Shown: positions 1 to 10,022 of the stretch, piece by piece
Position numbering within the stretch: the first letter of the stretch is position 1
Layout of the letters: each line of letters opens with the position of its first letter
Assembly (NCBI GenBank): GCA_963666115.2
Contig: CAXXET010000006.1
Coordinates: 352,001-416,000 of the forward strand
Length of the DNA: 64,000 nucleotides
DNA from: Dehalococcoidia bacterium
GTDB taxonomy: Bacteria; Chloroflexota; Dehalococcoidia; UBA6926
Direction: 5' to 3'
The notes under the pieces: generated by a model
The model's input: the letters and a program-made list of their open reading frames with translations, nothing else
What the model was told of the DNA's origin: nothing
The model's database searches: none
Position numbers and translations under genes: made by a program

Positions 1-144
1 CCGCCGGTTCAGGAAAGTCGGACGCCGCTGACCGCTCGGCGCGCGTTGCCCGCCGCCCATTTGTTAAACCCGCGCGCGTCAACGTATACTGTTAGGCAGC
101 GCTCTATCTTGCGCATCGCGCAATGATGGCAGGAGATCATAGGC

Positions 145-2169
145 ATGACGGTTTCCGCTGACGGTCCGGCAACACAGACGCTCAGCCTGCCGGAAGAACT
201 CATCCTGATTCTCCTCAATGAGGAGGACGGCTATTTCCACCAGGTGCCCGGCTGGAACCTGAACTGCGTCGTCGTCGGCGCGGCCCTTGCCGAACTGTCC
301 CTCCGGGGGCGCATCGATACCGACATTGAATCGCTCATCCTCGTGGACAAGACGGACACGGACGACATCGCCCTGGACACCATCCTGGATGAAATCGGCT
401 CCGAGCCGGAACAGCACAGCACCACGTATTGGATTGAGCGTCTCGCCCCGCTCGCGGAAACCATCATCGACGATACGCTCGCCCGCCTGGTCCGGATCGG
501 CATCCTGCTGCATCACGACGGCGACTTTTGGACGATGGCCCGCTCATCGCGCGGCATCCAGTTCGGCGGCGGCGAATGGAGAGACACGGCAGCCGAGTTC
601 GTCAGAAACCGGATCGTCAGGGCCATTTTCAGCAATGAGATTCCTGAGCCGAGAGACATCATCCTCATCTGCCTGGTCAACACGGTTGACGTGCTCCGCT
701 TCATCTTTCCCGTCGAAGCGGAAGAGGAGGAGCGGATCGGCCAGATTTCCAGGATGGACGTCATTGGGCGGTCCATTGCGGATGCCGTGTCTCAGAACCT
801 GGCCGGCCCCCTGTTGCGCCATTCGGCGCTGGCCAGGACAATCCCGACCGTTTCCCTCCGCAAAGTGGTGTTCAACAAGAACATGCGGAAGGGCAACATC
901 CCGGCGCTGTTTGCGGACCTCGCCAAACAGTACGGCCCTGTGTTCCAGATCAAGCCGCCGTTCATGAAGCCCCTGGTGTTCATTGCGGGGCCCGATACCA
1001 ATCGCTGGGCTCACCGGCAAGGCCGCATGTATCTTCGCGCCAGGGACTACTTCCACGACTTCGAGAAGACCTATGGAGCCGCCGGCGTGCTCCCGTCACT
1101 GGACGGGGCAGACCATTTCCGGCTGCGAAAGTCCCTCCAGCCCGCCTATTCCCGCACACGGCTGGAGGGGCAGGTCGACATGATCTATAAGAATGCGCGG
1201 GCATTCATGACGAATTGGAAAGTCGGGGACGCCCTCCCGGCCAGCGCGACGTCCAGGGCGATGATCAACGCGCAGGTCTCCCCGTTCTTTGTCGGCGTTG
1301 ATTCACAGGACCTCATCGAAGACCTCGCCAAGTACAAGGAACGCGTGCTTAGCGTTCACGTCATGAAACTCATGCCCAAGTTCCTCCTCAAAACTCCGGC
1401 GATGAGGCGGCGAGAGAAGCTCATCGACGTGCTGATGGAGCGCGTGCAGGGCGTCCACACCCCGGCTCAGCGCGCGGGCCAGCCCCGCGATCTGGTCGAT
1501 GATTATCTCAGCCTTCATGCCAGCGACCCTCAATTCGTGCCGGAATCCAACCTGCGCTTCGCCTTTTCCGTCGCCCTGGTCGCAAGCGTCTATCTCGGCG
1601 ACATGATGAGCTTCTGCCTGTACGCCATGGCGGCGTACCCGGAATATCACAGGGAAATCCGCCGCGAGGCCGATGCCCTGTTCGCCAACGGCGACCCTAC
1701 GGGAGAGGATGTCACCCCTGAAACGATCAACGTCACCCATCGCTTCATCATGGAATGCATGCGCCTCTGGCCCATCGTCCCCGTGTCTGTCCGCAACGTA
1801 ATGAATACCTGCGTTGTGGAGGGATATGAACTTCCCATCGGAATGCGCGTGCACGTCGCGCAGACCGCCGCGCACTACATGGACGATGTGTTCCCGGACG
1901 CCGACAAGTTCGATATCGACCGCTACCTGCCGCCCCGCAACGAGCATCACAGCCCCGGCTACGCGCCGTTCGGCCTTGGCACCCATACCTGCCTCGGCAA
2001 TCGCCAGATGGAGCTTCAGCTCACCCTGAATCTGCTCATGATCGCCCGCCACTTCACCTTTGACATATCACCGGCAAAGTTCAGGAAAGAAGTCAAGATC
2101 ACCGCGCTGCCGTCAATGAAGCCCGACAAGAAGCTCAAGCTTGTCGTGACGGAGAGGCGCGAACTCTAG
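145..2169 (+). CDS. GPP34 (GOLPH3-like) domain fused to cytochrome P450
   Basis: N-terminal ~215 aa reads LSLPEELILILL...GAALAELSLRGRI (GPP34-like). C-terminal part has ExxR (ECMR) and the heme motif FGLGTHTCLG. AGGAG RBS at 131-135. Confidence 0.85.
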   Translation: MTVSADGPATQTLSLPEELILILLNEEDGYFHQVPGWNLNCVVVGAALAELSLRGRIDTDIESLILVDKTDTDDIALDTILDEIGSEPEQHSTTYWIERLAPLAETIIDDTLARLVRIGILLHHDGDFWTMARSSRGIQFGGGEWRDTAAEFVRNRIVRAIFSNEIPEPRDIILICLVNTVDVLRFIFPVEAEEEERIGQISRMDVIGRSIADAVSQNLAGPLLRHSALARTIPTVSLRKVVFNKNMRKGNIPALFADLAKQYGPVFQIKPPFMKPLVFIAGPDTNRWAHRQGRMYLRARDYFHDFEKTYGAAGVLPSLDGADHFRLRKSLQPAYSRTRLEGQVDMIYKNARAFMTNWKVGDALPASATSRAMINAQVSPFFVGVDSQDLIEDLAKYKERVLSVHVMKLMPKFLLKTPAMRRREKLIDVLMERVQGVHTPAQRAGQPRDLVDDYLSLHASDPQFVPESNLRFAFSVALVASVYLGDMMSFCLYAMAAYPEYHREIRREADALFANGDPTGEDVTPETINVTHRFIMECMRLWPIVPVSVRNVMNTCVVEGYELPIGMRVHVAQTAAHYMDDVFPDADKFDIDRYLPPRNEHHSPGYAPFGLGTHTCLGNRQMELQLTLNLLMIARHFTFDISPAKFRKEVKITALPSMKPDKKLKLVVTERREL

Positions 2170-4637
2170 GACTCCGCCTCGAAGCGTCGATGCGTCGCAT
2201 CGATCGCCAGGTCCAGTTCCTCCGCCCAGCGCTGCGCCGTTGATCGCAGCCGCACGTTCTGGTACGAGCCCCAGATCACCATGGCGGGCAACACCAGCAC
2301 GACCGAGACGATCAGGGAGTAGAGAATCGTGATGGTCGCCGTAATGCCGAACTGCTGCGACACCACCAGCGGCGAGGCGATCAGCACGCCGAATCCCAGC
2401 GCCGTCGTCAGCGCGGAGCCCAGGAGCGCCGAGCCTGTCGTCGCCAGTGTCTTGATCGCCGCCTGCTCCGGGTTGCGTTCGGCTGCGTATTCCTCCCGGT
2501 AGCGGTGGATGATGTGGATTGTGTAATCCACGCCGATGCCGATTGATAACGCGGTGATGATCGACGTGATGAGCGTGTACGGGATTCCGGCAAGCGCCAT
2601 CGTTCCCAGCACGGCAATGAGCACAAGGACGATGGGCCCAACCGCGACAATCGAAAGCGCGGGCTGCCGTAGCGTCACCCAGAAAAAGGCCGTCAGGACG
2701 ATGAGCGCCGCCGCGACGGTCGTTCCCACCGCCCCCGTCTGCCCCGCTGTTATCTGGTCTCCCACCGCCACGGACAGAATCCCGAGCGACGTTGCCGTTA
2801 TGGTGTCGTCCTCGCCGAACCAGCGCGCCTCGATTTCCTCCTGGAGGAGGCCCGTTAACGCAAGGTCGTCCGTGTACGCCGGGAACTGGAGTAGCAGGAT
2901 GTCGCCGCCGTTGGGATTGTTGTACATCAGGCGGCTAAAGGAGGGGTCTCTTTCTTCCAGGCGGTCTAGCAGCTCCTGCATCAGCACGGTCTTCAACTGC
3001 ACGTCGCCGTGCGCCTCCTCGAAGAGGACGTCCATCTCCGCGTCGTACTTGTCCCCGGGCGTGCCGTCGTCAACCGTCCAGTCCAGCAGCAGCATCTCAT
3101 AAGAGGACTGCATCGGCCCGGCGGCGGCCTGCGGGCGCGTTGTCTCATTCCCGAAGGCGGTTGTCAGATCGTCAACGTTCAGCAGGGTGCGTGTTTCCGT
3201 GGCCTCTGCCTTGATGATGATGCTCGTCATCTCCGTCGAGCCGCCAACCGCAGCGTCCAGCGTCTCAAGGTCGCGGATGACGCTGCCGTCCTGAGGCAAA
3301 ACGTCCCGGATGTTGAATTCCGAACGCAGGTCCGTGGCGGAATAGCCGAGGAAGGCCGTGATCAGCAGGACGCCGATGATATACGGCACGGGCCGCCTCG
3401 TGACCTCCCGCCCCAGCACCTCGGCCAGGCGCGGCACGCCGGGCAGGGCGTTGGAAACCGCCCGCGGCCGTTGCAGGCTGCCCCGTCGTTCCCGCCGGCG
3501 GTCGATGATCAGCCGCCCCGCCGGCAGCAGCGTCAGCATGACGATCAGGGCCATCCCCACGCCCAGCCCCGCCACGATCCCAAAGTCTCCGATGACGCTG
3601 ATGGGGGAGAAGCGCGCCGCGAACATGCTCACCACCGTCGTAACGGCGGCCAGCGTCAGCGGTACTGTCACGTTCCGCAGACCCCGGCGAACCGCATCGA
3701 GAACCGGACGGCCCTCCAGCCGCACCTCGCGGTAGTGTGAGATCGCCTGGATCGCGTAGTCCACCGTCAGGCTGATGATCACCACGGGCACCACCGCCGT
3801 CAGCGAACTCGGCGGGCCGATGATCCCCAGGCCGTTCGGCCCGAGCCAGCCCTCCGCCCCGATAACCCAGATGATGGCCATGAGAAGGCCCGCCAGCGTC
3901 AGGAGCATATCCGCCAGGGAACGTGTAAACAGGTACAGCAGCGCCGCGATGAGCAGGAGGGCCAGCCCGATCAGGGGGGCCATCCCCTCCTCGGTGGCCT
4001 TCTTGTATTCATCCTCTGTGACGATTGGAGAGACGCTGCTCACGCTCAGCGGCCCCTCATCCCCCACTGCAAGCTCATTGATGCGCCGCTCGGCGTTCTC
4101 AACCCGCTCGTCGCCCGTGTTGATCAGCGTGATCAGCGCGATGGACGCCGGTGCGCCGTCCACGTCCGTCCCCGTCATCGCGTTCATGAATTCGCCCAGC
4201 GGCGCGTTCATGATTGTGTCGATATCCTCTTGCGTCACGGAGCGCAAATCGTCCGCCTGCAGCGTGACCTCGATGAAGGAGGAGGGCGCAAGGATGGGAC
4301 TGTCGGGCGCAAGGACCGGCGCAACCGCCGGATCCTGCGCCATCTCATCCAGCAGGGAGTCCATCTGGTGGAGCCCCTCCGGCGTCATGGCATCCCCCCG
4401 GAAGATGACCGTCACGACGCTTACTTCGCCGGAATCGCTGAAGTGCTCCTCAATATCGTCGGCCGCCGTGACGAGCGGATGGTCCGTCGGAAGGAATGCG
4501 AGGCTCGCGCCCTCCGTCAGCGGCGCGCGAAGAGTGGCGCCGTAGCCCAGAGCCACCGTTACCAGCAGCAGAACGGCGATAGTGATCCATGGCCGCGCGG
4601 TCACAAGCCCGCTCATCGTGCGAAGCCCCGAATTCAT
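2166..4637 (-). CDS. MMPL/RND family transporter
   Basis: 823 aa with two repeats of TM, extracytoplasmic loop and 5 TM; motifs SLTVDYAI and GIGVDYTIH. Confidence 0.88.
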   Translation of the reverse strand: MNSGLRTMSGLVTARPWITIAVLLLVTVALGYGATLRAPLTEGASLAFLPTDHPLVTAADDIEEHFSDSGEVSVVTVIFRGDAMTPEGLHQMDSLLDEMAQDPAVAPVLAPDSPILAPSSFIEVTLQADDLRSVTQEDIDTIMNAPLGEFMNAMTGTDVDGAPASIALITLINTGDERVENAERRINELAVGDEGPLSVSSVSPIVTEDEYKKATEEGMAPLIGLALLLIAALLYLFTRSLADMLLTLAGLLMAIIWVIGAEGWLGPNGLGIIGPPSSLTAVVPVVIISLTVDYAIQAISHYREVRLEGRPVLDAVRRGLRNVTVPLTLAAVTTVVSMFAARFSPISVIGDFGIVAGLGVGMALIVMLTLLPAGRLIIDRRRERRGSLQRPRAVSNALPGVPRLAEVLGREVTRRPVPYIIGVLLITAFLGYSATDLRSEFNIRDVLPQDGSVIRDLETLDAAVGGSTEMTSIIIKAEATETRTLLNVDDLTTAFGNETTRPQAAAGPMQSSYEMLLLDWTVDDGTPGDKYDAEMDVLFEEAHGDVQLKTVLMQELLDRLEERDPSFSRLMYNNPNGGDILLLQFPAYTDDLALTGLLQEEIEARWFGEDDTITATSLGILSVAVGDQITAGQTGAVGTTVAAALIVLTAFFWVTLRQPALSIVAVGPIVLVLIAVLGTMALAGIPYTLITSIITALSIGIGVDYTIHIIHRYREEYAAERNPEQAAIKTLATTGSALLGSALTTALGFGVLIASPLVVSQQFGITATITILYSLIVSVVLVLPAMVIWGSYQNVRLRSTAQRWAEELDLAIDATHRRFEAES

Positions 4638-5695
4638 GAGGGTTCTATCTCCTCCCGGTGTGACTCGCCATCAGGATAGAATTGGCGGCAATACCTGCGA
4701 AAGGGCATGATGTCCCCATCGAGCCTGAACAGGCGCGGTCGCGAGCGGTACTTCTTGCGGTTCCAGATGATGACGTCCATCTCCACGTTCTGCATCTGGT
4801 TGCCTGCGACGAACTTGTTCATAAGCGGGGCGCGCAGCTTCTTCGGCAGGAATCCCAACCCCGCAATGAAGCGCCTGGGCTTCGTGATTTCCTTCACTTG
4901 TGAGAACAGCGTCATTTCCACGTCTGTGCCGTCGATTGGCGTCGCAAGAACCCAAAGACGCATATCCATCCCGATGGAGCGCTCGCGTATCTCCACGTAT
5001 GAATACCCAAGCCCATAAACCAGCGTTGTCGCAGAGACGTCAAAGGTTACGCGCCCCACCCGCGCGACCTGCGTGACAGTCCGGAAATCAAACCGGCTCT
5101 CCAACCGGTGCCCCTCGATCACCAGCGGGGCTGTTCGGCTGACCCCGCCAAATCCGTGGACGTAATTCAGGTGTGAATAGTCAACCGAGTTCTCCGTGGT
5201 CTCCTGCGGATGGCCTGCGAACCGGATGCTCCTGCGTTCCAGGGAACTCCACTCTCCGTCATTTTCGGGTTCATCGGGCATCGGCCACTGCGGCGGACGG
5301 CGGTCGATGCCCCGCCATCCGAAGATCAGCCCCATGCGTTCCTCTATGTCGAAGAGGCGCAGGCGCGCCGTTGGAGGAGGATTCGTGTACGGCGTTGAGA
5401 TGCACTGGCCCGTCGCATCGTATGTAAACCCGTGAAAGGGACAGACGAGGCATCCGTCCACGACACGCCCGCCGAACTCCGGGGAGAGATTCGCGCCCAA
5501 ATGCGGGCAATGCGCCTCCGCAACGCAAATCTGCCCCGCGCCATCAACCCAGATGATGATCTCCTCGCCCATCCACGTTCTGCTGATCAGCTTGGCCTTT
5601 TCAACCGCCTTGCGTGTTTCAATGAAGTACCACCCCTCCGGGAACGGTGACGGCAGCGGAGCCTCCTCCTGGTTCAAAAGTAGCGTGGTTGTCAT
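4634..5695 (-). CDS. Rieske 2Fe-2S oxygenase, KshA/Neverland-like
   Basis: CPHLG...CPFHG Rieske motif, ENSVDYSHLNYVH mononuclear iron motif, and C-terminal DVIIWNRK...DGDIMPFRRYCRQFY. Confidence 0.85.
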   Translation of the reverse strand: MTTTLLLNQEEAPLPSPFPEGWYFIETRKAVEKAKLISRTWMGEEIIIWVDGAGQICVAEAHCPHLGANLSPEFGGRVVDGCLVCPFHGFTYDATGQCISTPYTNPPPTARLRLFDIEERMGLIFGWRGIDRRPPQWPMPDEPENDGEWSSLERRSIRFAGHPQETTENSVDYSHLNYVHGFGGVSRTAPLVIEGHRLESRFDFRTVTQVARVGRVTFDVSATTLVYGLGYSYVEIRERSIGMDMRLWVLATPIDGTDVEMTLFSQVKEITKPRRFIAGLGFLPKKLRAPLMNKFVAGNQMQNVEMDVIIWNRKKYRSRPRLFRLDGDIMPFRRYCRQFYPDGESHREEIEPS

Positions 5696-5729
5696 CGGTC
5701 ATCACTCCCTGGGGCAAAGGCACACCATT

Positions 5730-7223
5730 TTACCATGTTGGCGCAGCGTCTGACGCGGGCTCCTCTTCACCCTCCGCCTCCCCAACGTTCGCAAGTCTCA
5801 TCAGCAGCGCCGGCAGAATCGCCAACAGCGAGACGAAGCCCGCGATCATGAACAGGTTTTGGAAGACGGTCACGCCCGCCTCGATCAGCGGCCCCTGCGT
5901 CTCCTCGAATGTCGCTCCAATCGTCACGTCCGCCGTCAGGCTGTAGAATCGCTCAATCCCCCACGCGGACAGCCCGGCAAGGCCCAGCGCCATGCCCACC
6001 ATGCGCGCCGCCGTGACCAGGGACGCCGCCGCTCCCCAATAGTGGCTGGGCGCCGCGCTCAGGGCCGTCACGCTGATGGGAGGCAGCACCAGCCCAAACC
6101 CCATCCCGGACAGCACAAGGGGCGCCGTTAGCCGGAATTCCTCCACCTCGGTTCCCCACCCGCTCATGAACAGCAGGCCGATGCCGATGAAGGCCAGGCC
6201 CGTCACCGTCACGGGGATAACCCCCGTCCACCGCAGGATGTAGCCCCCGACAATCGCCCCCACCGGTATCGCCGCCGTCAGCCGCACAAGGTGCAGCGCG
6301 CTCTCCCAGTCTTCTTTCTCCATCACCGTGTTCGCCATCAGCGGCACGGCCACAAGAGCAATGATCAGGGACACCCCCACCATGAACTGCGTCACGTTCG
6401 CGGACACGAACGCGCGTGATTTGTACAGGAATGAGGCGAATAACGGCTGCTCCGCGCGGCGCTCAAAGATGACGACGACGGCGACCAGAACGGCTCCCAG
6501 CGCGAGAATCGCGTAGGGCAGCACGGAATCGAAGGAGAAGATCGCCCGCTGTGACAGCCCGACCGTGACGACGGTCAACGCCGCCCCCACCGTCACCGCG
6601 CCCACGTAATCCATCTTGGCCTGCGGGTTGGCCTGGTTCCGCAGGATCGCCATCAGCGCGATCAGCAGCAGGCTCTGCGGCACGTCCAGCCAGAAGATGA
6701 ACCGCCAGCCCACCCACTCGATGAGCGCCCCGCCGTACAGCGGCCCCAGCACCGATCCTGCCTCCGCCGACGCCGCCACGAGTCCGAGCGTCAGGCCGCG
6801 CTGGTGTGGCTTCACCGCCGCCACCGCCATCGCCAGGCCGATGGGAACGGTCGCGCCGCCGCCGATGGCCTGGATCACCCGCGCGGACACGATCCACGCG
6901 AAGTTCGGCGCGACGGCCACGAACGCGGAGCCAACCGCAAAGATGAGCAGCGCGATCTGGAACATCCGCACGCGCCCATATACGTCGGACAGGCGGCCTG
7001 CCAGCGGCATGGCGACCGTATAGCTGACCAGGTAGCCCGTGATGATCCATGACGCCGTATCGAGGTCGGTCAACGGGATTTCAAGCTCCAGCATGACCGT
7101 CGGCAGCGCGGCCACCACCACCGTCTGATCGAGCGCAGTCGAAAAGACGCCGAGGCAGATAATCGTAATGATCGCCGTCTGCGAGGAGCCGAGAGAGGAG
7201 ACGCGGGAACGGACGGTGTTCAC
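5730..7223 (-). CDS. MFS (DHA2, 14-TM) transporter, Rv1410c/P55-like
   Basis: ALDQTVVVAALP...WIITGYLVSYTVAMPLAGRLSDVYGR; start overlaps the upstream lipoprotein stop (GTGA). Confidence 0.85.
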   Translation of the reverse strand: MNTVRSRVSSLGSSQTAIITIICLGVFSTALDQTVVVAALPTVMLELEIPLTDLDTASWIITGYLVSYTVAMPLAGRLSDVYGRVRMFQIALLIFAVGSAFVAVAPNFAWIVSARVIQAIGGGATVPIGLAMAVAAVKPHQRGLTLGLVAASAEAGSVLGPLYGGALIEWVGWRFIFWLDVPQSLLLIALMAILRNQANPQAKMDYVGAVTVGAALTVVTVGLSQRAIFSFDSVLPYAILALGAVLVAVVVIFERRAEQPLFASFLYKSRAFVSANVTQFMVGVSLIIALVAVPLMANTVMEKEDWESALHLVRLTAAIPVGAIVGGYILRWTGVIPVTVTGLAFIGIGLLFMSGWGTEVEEFRLTAPLVLSGMGFGLVLPPISVTALSAAPSHYWGAAASLVTAARMVGMALGLAGLSAWGIERFYSLTADVTIGATFEETQGPLIEAGVTVFQNLFMIAGFVSLLAILPALLMRLANVGEAEGEEEPASDAAPTW

Positions 7224-7969
7224 GATCCCGATGCTGCGTCCGGAAGTTGGATGTCAACCGGCTGGTCGTATTCGGAGAGGTTGATCAGCCTGCTCGTGCC
7301 CGCGCCGTCGTCGTCGAACACGTTGCCCAGTATCTTGATCTGGCGCACGCTCTGGTCGTCCGCGCCAACCCACACGGTCAGTTCGATTGGGTGGCCGGAA
7401 TCCGCGGACGTGATCAGATTCGCGAGGTCCTCGGAGAGGATGTCCCCGTCGATCCTGATGGTCTCCAGATCGTTGACCGTCTCCCGCCCCGCGAGCGCGA
7501 CATTCTGGATCTTTGGCAGCAGGTCGCTGAGCGTCTTGCCCAGGCCGATGAAGTTGAACGGCACCTGCTCCAGCGGCAGGGGAGTCCACGGCGCGCCCGA
7601 TGCGAACTGCATCATCGCCGTGTTGCCCACCGCGATGATGCCGATCTGCACGAATCCCATGGCGGGCGATTCCACGTCCACCACCAGGTGCGTGCGGTCC
7701 GGCGCCTGCACCTTCCCGTCCACGCTCTTGAGCGTCTGCCCAAAGAACTTCGTGCCGGATTCCAACTCATCGACCATCTGGAACCGCGCCGTCTCGAATG
7801 AAAGCAGGTGCGCGCTCGTGCGGTCGAGAACTTCGTCCAGAGTCAACTCAGGCTCAGGAGTAGCGGTAGGCGTAGCCGCAACCCCGCACCCGCCCGCGAG
7901 AAACAGCAGGCCGGCAGCCAGCCCGAAAACTGGCAGCCCCCGAAGGATGAATCCGATTGCGCGCGCCAT
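7220..7969 (-). CDS. LppX/LprAFG (LprG-like) lipoprotein
   Basis: Lipobox LAGGC, PT linker, LolA-like pattern (GRETVNDLETIRIDG...LTVWVG...INLSEYDQPVDIQLP); coupled to the P55-like MFS gene. Confidence 0.75.
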   Translation of the reverse strand: MARAIGFILRGLPVFGLAAGLLFLAGGCGVAATPTATPEPELTLDEVLDRTSAHLLSFETARFQMVDELESGTKFFGQTLKSVDGKVQAPDRTHLVVDVESPAMGFVQIGIIAVGNTAMMQFASGAPWTPLPLEQVPFNFIGLGKTLSDLLPKIQNVALAGRETVNDLETIRIDGDILSEDLANLITSADSGHPIELTVWVGADDQSVRQIKILGNVFDDDGAGTSRLINLSEYDQPVDIQLPDAASGS

Positions 7970-7975
7970 GGTCGT

Positions 7976-7984
7976 ATCATAGCA
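7976..7984 (-). promoter_or_regulatory. Extended -10 promoter (TGcTATGAT), probable leaderless start
   Basis: TATGAT lies 6 nt upstream of ATG 7969, leaving no room for an SD sequence. Confidence 0.55.
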
Positions 7985-8039
7985 CCCGCCAACCTGGCGC
8001 CGAGCGCGCAGCTTAGATGGCGCTCAGCCGCTGTCTCCT

Positions 8040-8528
8040 CTAGCTGCGGTCGGCGAGCCTTCCGTCCAGGATCAGGAGGCCGGCCTTGTCGTCACCGACC
8101 AAAATGAGGTCGTCGATGATGTCCTGGGCGGCCTTTTCCTCCTCCACCTGCTCTTCGACGAACCACTCGAGGAAGACGTGGGAGGGGTAATCGGAGTGCT
8201 GCTGTGCCGTGCGGTACAGGTTCTCGATCATCCCGGTTACCTTGCGCTCATGCTCCAGCGACGCCTTCATCGCGCCCAGGCACGTGCCGAAATCCTTGGG
8301 CGGCTCCGGCAGCGACTGCACCGTAACGCGGCCATCGCGGTCATTGATGAAGTCGAAGAACTTCATCGCGTGGGTGGTCTCTTCCTTCGACTGGAGCTTC
8401 ATCCAGTGGGCGAATCCGCGCAGGTTCGCCTCCTCGAAAAAGGCGGCCATGGCAAGGTAGAGGTGGGACGCGTACAACTCCGCGTTCAACTGGTCATTGA
8501 GCACCTTTTCCATCTCAGGGTGTATCAT
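8040..8528 (-). CDS. ftnA: Non-heme ferritin
   Basis: LNDQLNAELYASHLYLAM...QSKEETTHAMKF...FLEWFVEEQVEEE ferroxidase motifs. Confidence 0.93.
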   Translation of the reverse strand: MIHPEMEKVLNDQLNAELYASHLYLAMAAFFEEANLRGFAHWMKLQSKEETTHAMKFFDFINDRDGRVTVQSLPEPPKDFGTCLGAMKASLEHERKVTGMIENLYRTAQQHSDYPSHVFLEWFVEEQVEEEKAAQDIIDDLILVGDDKAGLLILDGRLADRS

Positions 8529-8616
8529 TTTTCCCTCCCGGATACCGGAGTCCGATCCTGCGAACTGTCAAACAACCACTAACCTGTAGTATACGGGCAT
8601 TTCGGCAAATACTACA

Positions 8617-8650
8617 CTTAGTAGATTGAAACTTGTTCAACTCGGCTTAA
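8617..8650. promoter_or_regulatory. Putative tandem DtxR-family operator (ftnA/HTTM divergent region)
   Basis: CTTAG-TAGA-TTGAA (8617) and TCAAC-TCGG-CTTAA (8637): degenerate TTWAG-N4-CTWAA boxes 20 bp apart. Confidence 0.4.
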
Positions 8651-8674
8651 CGGCGGAAAAGGACTGTTGCTGCT

Positions 8675-10021
8675 ATGGTGTCGATGCGTCTCGCAGGGTC
8701 GCGGCCTGTCAGCGCCTCATCGGCGGCGGTGTTCCGCATCCTCTTCGGCCTGCTGGGCCTCGTGGCGGTTGTTCGATTCTTCGCAAGGGGCTGGGTCTCA
8801 GAGCTCTACATCGAGCCTGTGCATCACTTCACGTATTCGGGGTTTTGGTGGGTGCAGCCGTGGCCGGCGTGGGGCATGTACCTGCATTTTGCGCTGCTCG
8901 GGCTTGCGAGCATCGGCGTGGCGCTCGGCTACCGGTACCGCCTGTCGATCATCGCGTTCTTTCTCCTGTTCACGTACATCGAGCTCATCGACAGGACGAC
9001 GTACCTGAACCACTACTACTGGGTGAGTCTCGCAAGCTTCCTGATGATCTTCCTGCCGCTGAATCGCGCGGCATCCCTTGACGCGCTGCGGAATCCGTCC
9101 ATCCGAACCGGCACGATTCCCGTGTGGGCGCTCTGGGCGCTCATGGCACAGTTGGCGGTGGTGTACCTGTTTGCGGGCATTGCCAAGCTGAACCCGGACT
9201 GGCTCCTCAACGCGCAGCCGATGCGAATCTGGATGTTCAACAACGGCGACGTGCCGCTTGTGGGGCCGCTGCTCAAGGAGGTCTGGACAGCGTATGCGAT
9301 GAGCTGGGCGGGGGCTGTGTTTGACCTCACGATCATCGGCTGGCTGCTGTGGCGGCGCAGCAGACCTGTCGCGTATGCCGTGCTCGTCGTGTTTCACCTG
9401 ATGACGTGGGTGTTGTTCCCGATTGGAATGTTCCCGTGGATCATGATTGCCGGAACACTGATCTTCTTTCTGCCGGACTGGCCGGACCGCCTTATCGCCA
9501 GGTTACGGCGCAGGCCGCTTTCGACACCGACGGGGCAGGGGGCGGCATTGTCCCAACCAACTCCGCTCTTTCGGGTGGGCGCCGTTGCGCTGCTGGCATT
9601 CGCGCTCATACAAATCGCAATACCCCTCCGGCACTGGGCGTATCCCGGGAACGTGCGATGGAACGAGGACGGCTATCTCTTCTCGTGGCGCGTGCTGCTA
9701 ACCGAGAAGACCGGCCATATCAGGTTTCACGTGACCGATACGGCAACGGGCGAGCGATGGGTGGAATACCCCGAAGACTGGCTCAGCCCCTTGCAGGCGG
9801 AGCGTATGCCGTACCAGCCGGACATGATTCTACAGACGGCGCATATCATTGCAGACGATGCCGCCAAGCGAGGCCGCGATGTTGAAGTCCGCGCCGATTC
9901 GTTCGTTGCGTTCAATGGCCGGGAGGCCGCGCGCTTTGTGGACCCGGACGTTGACCTTGCGCAGGTCGAGCCGGGCTTGTGGCCGAAGACGTGGGTTCTT
10001 CCGGCGCCGGACGACGTTTGA
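8675..10021 (+). CDS. HTTM-domain protein (vitamin K-dependent gamma-carboxylase-like)
   Basis: AVFRILFG, YIELIDRTTYLNHYY, YLFAGIAKLNPDWL, IGMFPWIM, FSWRVLLTEK, QPDMILQTAH. Confidence 0.9.
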   Translation: MVSMRLAGSRPVSASSAAVFRILFGLLGLVAVVRFFARGWVSELYIEPVHHFTYSGFWWVQPWPAWGMYLHFALLGLASIGVALGYRYRLSIIAFFLLFTYIELIDRTTYLNHYYWVSLASFLMIFLPLNRAASLDALRNPSIRTGTIPVWALWALMAQLAVVYLFAGIAKLNPDWLLNAQPMRIWMFNNGDVPLVGPLLKEVWTAYAMSWAGAVFDLTIIGWLLWRRSRPVAYAVLVVFHLMTWVLFPIGMFPWIMIAGTLIFFLPDWPDRLIARLRRRPLSTPTGQGAALSQPTPLFRVGAVALLAFALIQIAIPLRHWAYPGNVRWNEDGYLFSWRVLLTEKTGHIRFHVTDTATGERWVEYPEDWLSPLQAERMPYQPDMILQTAHIIADDAAKRGRDVEVRADSFVAFNGREAARFVDPDVDLAQVEPGLWPKTWVLPAPDDV

Positions 10022-10022
10022 C

